This document shows, piece by piece, positions 6,561 to 10,084 of a DNA stretch of 10,084 nucleotides. Both the position numbers and the translations under genes were made by a program. Within the stretch, counting starts at the first letter, position 1. The number at the start of each line of letters is the position of its first letter. The notes beneath the pieces were generated by a model, which was not told the DNA's origin, made no database searches, and was given only the letters and a program-made list of their open reading frames with translations. Source of the stretch: a virus; UHGV virus genome UHGV-0216281; one strand, written 5' to 3'.

Positions 6561-6813
6561 GGCTTACCTCCTGTTCCTGTGGTTTAAACCCATTCTGGTT
6601 TTGGCTAGATTGAAAACGTGCCGGATAAAGAATCTGCATTTCGCTGATTTCACCCTTAAAAAAATTGGCCAGACGTTCTGCAAGATCGATAGATGGAATT
6701 TGTTCCAGTCTTTCAATACGACTCAGCGTCGCTGGATTGACCTGAACGCCAGCAGCAACATGCTGCAAAGTAAATCCGTGCGCCTTACGCACATTCCGTA
6801 ATGGTGATTGCAT
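6553..6813 (-). CDS. cro: Cro-like HTH regulator (YdaS-like)
   Basis: 86 aa, transcribed divergently from the repressor gene. HTH segment GFTLQHVAAGVQVNPATLSRIERL. GGAGG RBS with a short 4-nt spacer. Confidence 0.75.
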   Translation of the reverse strand: MQSPLRNVRKAHGFTLQHVAAGVQVNPATLSRIERLEQIPSIDLAERLANFFKGEISEMQILYPARFQSSQNQNGFKPQEQEVSRG

Positions 6814-6825
6814 ATGACCTCCACA

Positions 6826-6906
6826 TATTGCGTGATAAGCATATTATTTCACGCAAATATTTTGCGCAAGTTGATTTGCTTAACGCGCAATAAAGAAATG
6901 TAATAA
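6826..6906. promoter_or_regulatory. Divergent cI/cro control region: operator-like repeats and candidate pR and pRM promoters
   Basis: 15-bp motif TTGC(A/T)TA-N3-CGCAA at 6876-6890 (plus) and 6828-6842 (minus orientation, ATGCTTATCACGCAA). Extra half-sites TCACGCAA (6849-6856) and palindromic TTGCGCAA (6862-6869) give two TTGCG-N19-CGCAA symmetric units. Candidate pR on the minus strand: -35 TTGCGC (6869..6864), -10 TAATAT (6846..6841). Candidate pRM on the plus strand: -35 TTGCTT (6876-6881), -10 TGTAAT (6899-6904), giving a near-leaderless cI mRNA. Confidence 0.5.
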
Positions 6907-6910
6907 ACGC

Positions 6911-7603
6911 ATGAACATAGGAAACCGAGTCAGACAACTTCGCCAGGCGAAGAACATGAAAATCGCCGATCTCGCTGAAGCAATAGGAGTGGATGCGGCG
7001 AATATCTCACGCCTGGAAACAGGTAAGCAGAAACAATTCACTGAACAAGCCCTGAGTAATATTGCCAGGAGCTTAGGTGTTGATATTGCTGATCTCTTTA
7101 CCTCAGACTTCAAAAGTAATACTGTATGTAAAAACAGTATTAGTGAGGATGTTGCGCAGGTGAAGGATGTATTCCGTATTGAAATGCTGGATGTCAGTGC
7201 CAGTGCGGGAAATGGCCTTATCCAGGGCGGTGATGTCATTGATGTGATTCATGCCATTGAATACAGAACTGATAATGCTGTATCGATGTTTGGCGGACGG
7301 CCAGCCAATCACATTAAAGTTATCAACGTTCGTGGGGACAGTATGTGTCCAACCATTGAGCCAGGAGATCTCATCTTCGTTGATGTCAGTATCAATCAGT
7401 TTGATGGAGATGGTATCTATGTATTTGGTTTTGATGATAAAATTTATGTCAAACGACTGCAAATGATACCTGACAAACTACTGGTGATTTCTGATAACCA
7501 GATTTACCGTGAATGGGGAATTACCAGCGAAAATGAACACCGGTTTATGGTCTTTGGAAAGGTCTTAATCAGCCAGTCACAAACCCTTAAGCGACACAAT
7601 TAA
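6911..7603 (+). CDS. cI: cI-type prophage repressor (N-terminal HTH, C-terminal S24 LexA-like autopeptidase)
   Basis: 230 aa. The N-terminal HTH is IADLAEAIGVDAANISRLETGK. The C-terminus carries the S24 catalytic Ser motif GDSMCPT and the Lys in YVKRL. No Shine-Dalgarno precedes the ATG, consistent with a leaderless message. Confidence 0.9.
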   Translation: MNIGNRVRQLRQAKNMKIADLAEAIGVDAANISRLETGKQKQFTEQALSNIARSLGVDIADLFTSDFKSNTVCKNSISEDVAQVKDVFRIEMLDVSASAGNGLIQGGDVIDVIHAIEYRTDNAVSMFGGRPANHIKVINVRGDSMCPTIEPGDLIFVDVSINQFDGDGIYVFGFDDKIYVKRLQMIPDKLLVISDNQIYREWGITSENEHRFMVFGKVLISQSQTLKRHN

Positions 7604-7623
7604 CCCTTACCTCCTCATCAATT

Positions 7624-7648
7624 AGCCACCCAAAGGTGGCTTTTCATT
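7624..7648 (+). terminator. Intrinsic terminator downstream of the repressor gene
   Basis: Stem agccacc / ggtggct with loop caaa, followed by TTTT(C)ATT. It lies 20 bp after the cI stop. Confidence 0.6.
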
Positions 7649-7658
7649 ACCCTTTAAA

Positions 7659-7711
7659 TTGCATATCTCGCAACAAAAACACTTGCATAATGCGCAACTT
7701 CATTTTATCTT
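7659..7711 (+). promoter_or_regulatory. OL/pL-like region: two copies of the 15-bp operator motif plus a candidate leftward promoter
   Basis: TTGCATATCTCGCAA (7659-7673) and TTGCATAATGCGCAA (7683-7697) match the motif seen in the cI/cro region. Candidate -35 TTGCAT (7683-7688), 17-nt spacer, -10 TATCTT (7706-7711). Confidence 0.4.
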
Positions 7712-8121
7712 TCTTTCCAGACAAACAAACAAGGTACTAACAAAATTTGGTTGTAACACGGCGTATGGCACATGCGTCGTTAGCGGTCTGGGGACGTTAA
7801 AGGGGACAATCCACTCCTTGCTCGGGCAAACAAACCAGGTAGCCGGAATGTGCAAGTCAATGATGATGCTGATAAGACGCCTAACCAGCGTGGCGATTCG
7901 GTTTGACGCCTGGGAAGAGACCAGGGTGCAACGATGAGGGCATTTATGGAGCCGCGACAAAGTGTGGTGCTGTAACTGGCTAAGTGCTCTCAGCGTTGTG
8001 GTAATCCGCGAAATGGCGCGGCGGTAAGTATGGCGGGGTTACTCTTTCCCCGTTGAGGACACCGGATTGTCAGGTTGACCATACGCCTGAGTGACAAGCC
8101 CACCACAACAGCCACTGCTTT

Positions 8122-8168
8122 GGCGGTACCAGTTTGTACACTTGCTTCCGGCTGGTACCGCTCTTTTT
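8122..8168 (+). terminator. Terminator-like hairpin with a T-run (tL1-like), overlapping a boxA-like CGCTCTT core
   Basis: Stem ggcggtaccag (8122-8132) pairs with ctggtaccgc(t) (8152-8162) around a 19-nt loop, followed by CTCTTTTT. CGCTCTT at 8159-8165 matches the core of lambda nut boxA (CGCTCTTA). The loop is large for a canonical terminator. Confidence 0.4.
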
Positions 8169-8257
8169 ACAAAACAGAGAAGAGCATCACCGGACGACGG
8201 GCTCATAACCCAATCCATCCGGGCGGCTGCCACCGCAGGTGTTCTTCTCTGTTTTGT
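8169..8257 (+). repeat. Long-range inverted repeat (15 bp perfect, extendable to about 20 bp with G-U pairs) enclosing about 50 nt, immediately upstream of the yfdP-like start
   Basis: acaaaacagagaaga (8169-8183) is the exact reverse complement of tcttctctgttttgt (8243-8257). Pairing continues through 8188/8238 if G-U pairs are allowed. The interior contains a further small hairpin, gcgg-ctgcca-ccgc. Confidence 0.6.
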
Positions 8258-8305
8258 GGAGAAACCAACCGACCTTGCAGGGTCGATATGATGAGGAGCA
8301 GCAAA

Positions 8306-8668
8306 ATGGCTAGCGAACGCAGTACTGATGTGCAGGCATTTATCGGGGAGCTGGACGGCGGCGTATTTGAAACCAAAATCGGCGCAGTTCTCAGTGAAGT
8401 CGCTTCCGGTGTGATGAACACAAAAACCAAAGGTAAGGTCTCACTCAACCTGGAAATCGAACCATTTGATGAGAACCGTGTGAAAATCAAACACAAACTC
8501 TCATATGTTCGCCCGACTAACCGCGGGAAAATTTCCGAAGAAGACACCACCGAAACGCCGATGTATGTCAATCGCGGTGGTCGCCTGACTATTCTGCAGG
8601 AAGACCAGGGACAATTACTGACTCTTGCCGGTGAACCTGACGGAAAACTACGCGCAGCAGGTCATTAA
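8306..8668 (+). CDS. yfdP: YfdP-like protein (120 aa, unknown function)
   Basis: ATG at 8306 preceded by an AGGAG RBS with a 7-nt spacer. The ORF-track extension back to 8075 (TTG start) has non-protein-like composition and no RBS. The 120-aa size and the order with the following 274-aa and HD-domain genes match yfdP-yfdQ-yfdR of CPS-53 as I recall them. Confidence 0.65.
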   Translation: MASERSTDVQAFIGELDGGVFETKIGAVLSEVASGVMNTKTKGKVSLNLEIEPFDENRVKIKHKLSYVRPTNRGKISEEDTTETPMYVNRGGRLTILQEDQGQLLTLAGEPDGKLRAAGH

Positions 8669-8733
8669 TATCGTTCTTAATTAACTGATTATTTATCTCA
8701 TCACTGAATATCTTTATATAGTGAGGACTTATT

Positions 8734-9558
8734 ATGTCTCAGAACTTAGACGCAACCGCAATTAATCAAATCCATGCCCTTATTTCTGCTCAGGGTGTTA
8801 ATGAAATTATCAGTAAGATTGGTGCCGATGCTGTGGCATTGCCTGAGAATTTCCGCATTCATGATCTGGAAAAATTTAATTTAAATCGCTTCCGTTTCCG
8901 TGGCGCGCTTTCCACTGCCAGCATCGATGATTTTACCCGTTATTCTAAAGATCTTGCGGATGAAGGCACCCGCTGCTTTATCGATGCCGATAATATGCGT
9001 GCCGTCAGTGTGCTTAACCTGGGTACTATTGATGAGCCTGGTCACGCAGATAACACCGCCACTCTCAAACTGAAAAAGACAGCACCGTTCTCTGCTCTGT
9101 TGTCTGTTAACGGCGAGCGTAACTCCCAGAAGTCACTGGCAGAATGGATTGAAGACTGGGCCGACTACCTTGTGGGCTTTGATGCTAATGGTGATGCCAT
9201 TCAGGCAACAAAAGCGGCTGCGGCAGTCCGTAAAATCACGATTGAAGCAAACCAGACCGCTGATTTTGAAGACAATGACTTCAGCGGCAAACGCTCCCTG
9301 ATGGAGTCTGTCGAAGCGAAGACCAAAGATATTATGCCAGTGGCATTTGAATTTAAATGCGTTCCGTTTGAAGGCCTGAAAGAACGTCCGTTTAAATTAC
9401 GCCTCAGCATTATCACTGGCGATCGTCCTGTACTGGTTCTGCGCATTATTCAGCTGGAAGCAGTGCAGGAAGAAATGGCTAACGAATTTCGTGATCTGCT
9501 TGTTGAGAAATTCAAGGACAGCAAAGTAGAAACCTTTATTGGTACTTTTACCGCCTGA
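8734..9558 (+). CDS. yfdQ: YfdQ-like protein (274 aa, DUF2303-like, unknown function)
   Basis: ATG with a GAGGA RBS and 6-nt spacer. A clean 274-aa ORF with no competing frames. Identity is inferred from size and synteny. Confidence 0.7.
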   Translation: MSQNLDATAINQIHALISAQGVNEIISKIGADAVALPENFRIHDLEKFNLNRFRFRGALSTASIDDFTRYSKDLADEGTRCFIDADNMRAVSVLNLGTIDEPGHADNTATLKLKKTAPFSALLSVNGERNSQKSLAEWIEDWADYLVGFDANGDAIQATKAAAAVRKITIEANQTADFEDNDFSGKRSLMESVEAKTKDIMPVAFEFKCVPFEGLKERPFKLRLSIITGDRPVLVLRIIQLEAVQEEMANEFRDLLVEKFKDSKVETFIGTFTA

Positions 9559-9570
9559 TTTCATTACTGC

Positions 9571-9592
9571 AAATGCCCCTGCGGGGGCATTT
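9571..9592 (+). terminator. Palindromic hairpin after the yfdQ-like gene (weak terminator or attenuator)
   Basis: aaatgcccc - tgcg - ggggcattt, a 9-bp stem. The downstream U-tract is poor (TTTATGG), so termination is probably partial. Confidence 0.35.
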
Positions 9593-9685
9593 ATGGAAAC
9601 GTAATTGACTCAATAATCGCCGGATGGTGAGGGCTTTCTTTTACCAGAATTCAGCGCGGTGCAGCGCATATACGTGGAGAACAAA

Positions 9686-10084
9686 ATGTCATTTATTAAA
9701 ACTTTTTCCGGGAAGCATTTTTATTATGACAGGATAAATAAAGACGACATCGTTATTAACGATATCGCGGTTTCTCTTTCAAATATCTGTCGCTTTGCAG
9801 GACATCTTTCACATTTCTACAGCGTCGCCCAACATGCGGTGCTTTGCAGCCAACTGGTACCGCAGGAATTTGCTTTTGAAGCGTTAATGCATGATGCAAC
9901 AGAAGCGTATTGCCAGGACATCCCGGCGCCACTGAAACGCCTTCTTCCTGACTATAAACGGATGGAAGAAAAAATAGACGCCGTAATCCGTGAGAAATAC
10001 GGGTTACCCCCGGTTATGAGTACGCCCGTGAAATATGCCGATCTCATCATGCTGGCAACCGAACGCCGCGATCTCGGGCTTGAT
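9686..10084 (+). CDS. yfdR: HD-domain phosphohydrolase, YfdR-like 5'-deoxynucleotidase (3' end truncated by the window)
   Basis: My own translation from the ATG at 9686 (GGAGA RBS, 5-nt spacer) gives MSFIKTFSGKHFYYD... with an HD-domain His (SVAQHAVL) and HD motif (LMHDATEAY). The frame is open to the window end, 133 codons. Confidence 0.85.
   Translation, partial: MSFIKTFSGKHFYYDRINKDDIVINDIAVSLSNICRFAGHLSHFYSVAQHAVLCSQLVPQEFAFEALMHDATEAYCQDIPAPLKRLLPDYKRMEEKIDAVIREKYGLPPVMSTPVKYADLIMLATERRDLGLD

Noticed and set aside
6003-6813. Possible YdaS/YdaT toxin-antitoxin pair
   Set aside because: Although the family names suggest a TA system, the genes sit exactly at the cro and cII positions, divergent from the cI repressor and sharing its operators. 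They are better explained as immunity-region regulators.
6880-7462. Two minus-strand ORFs of 119 aa each, antisense to the cI repressor gene
   Set aside because: Both lie inside the well-supported repressor CDS on the opposite strand. They are AT-rich, low-complexity and have no RBS.
7659-7960. 92-aa plus-strand ORF and 86-aa minus-strand ORF in the pL leader
   Set aside because: Both use TTG starts. The plus-strand ORF begins inside the operator repeat, neither has an RBS, and their composition is not protein-like. The only ATG-initiated frame is a 29-codon ORF at 7848..7937 with weak support.
8075-8305. N-terminal extension of the yfdP-like frame back to a TTG at 8075, plus overlapping ORFs at 8039..8233 (minus) and 8091..8291 (plus)
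   Set aside because: A strong RBS and ATG at 8306 give the expected 120-aa product. The extension crosses the terminator hairpin and the long inverted repeat, and it has Cys/Gly/Pro-rich composition.
8203-8571. 122-aa minus-strand ORF antisense to the yfdP-like gene
   Set aside because: It is antisense to a gene with a good RBS and has no translation signals of its own.
1-10084. CRISPR array, tRNA or tmRNA genes, IS or transposase, integrase or att site
   Set aside because: There are no regularly spaced direct repeats with spacers, no tRNA-like cloverleaf with a T-loop consensus in the ORF-free stretches I inspected, no transposase-like ORF or terminal inverted repeats, and no tyrosine or serine recombinase motif in any frame.

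Overview
The window reads as the immunity, replication and early-regulatory core of a lambdoid enterobacterial prophage, resembling the E. coli Qin and CPS-53/KpLE1 families; this is judged from protein motifs and gene order that I recognise, not from any database search. The minus strand carries a tightly packed, partly translationally coupled rightward operon: cro-like, cII/YdaT-like, one or two small ORFs in conflicting frames, an O-like replication initiator with an internal iteron array, a YfdN-like protein, a Dam-family N6-adenine methyltransferase, a LexA DNA-binding-domain-only protein, RusA, a KilA-N protein, a DUF968/YdfU-like protein and a Q-like antiterminator, followed by a pR'-like late promoter and terminator. 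The plus strand carries a cI-type S24 repressor, a terminator, OL/pL-like operator repeats, about 600 bp of ORF-poor structured leader, then yfdP-, yfdQ- and yfdR-like genes (yfdR cut by the window end). No integrase, structural or lysis genes, tRNA, CRISPR array or IS element is visible. I did not find a clearly novel multi-gene system; the leads most worth a second look are the ORF-poor structured pL leader with no N gene (7700-8305), the LexA-DBD-only protein, and the conflicting frames between cII-like and O.
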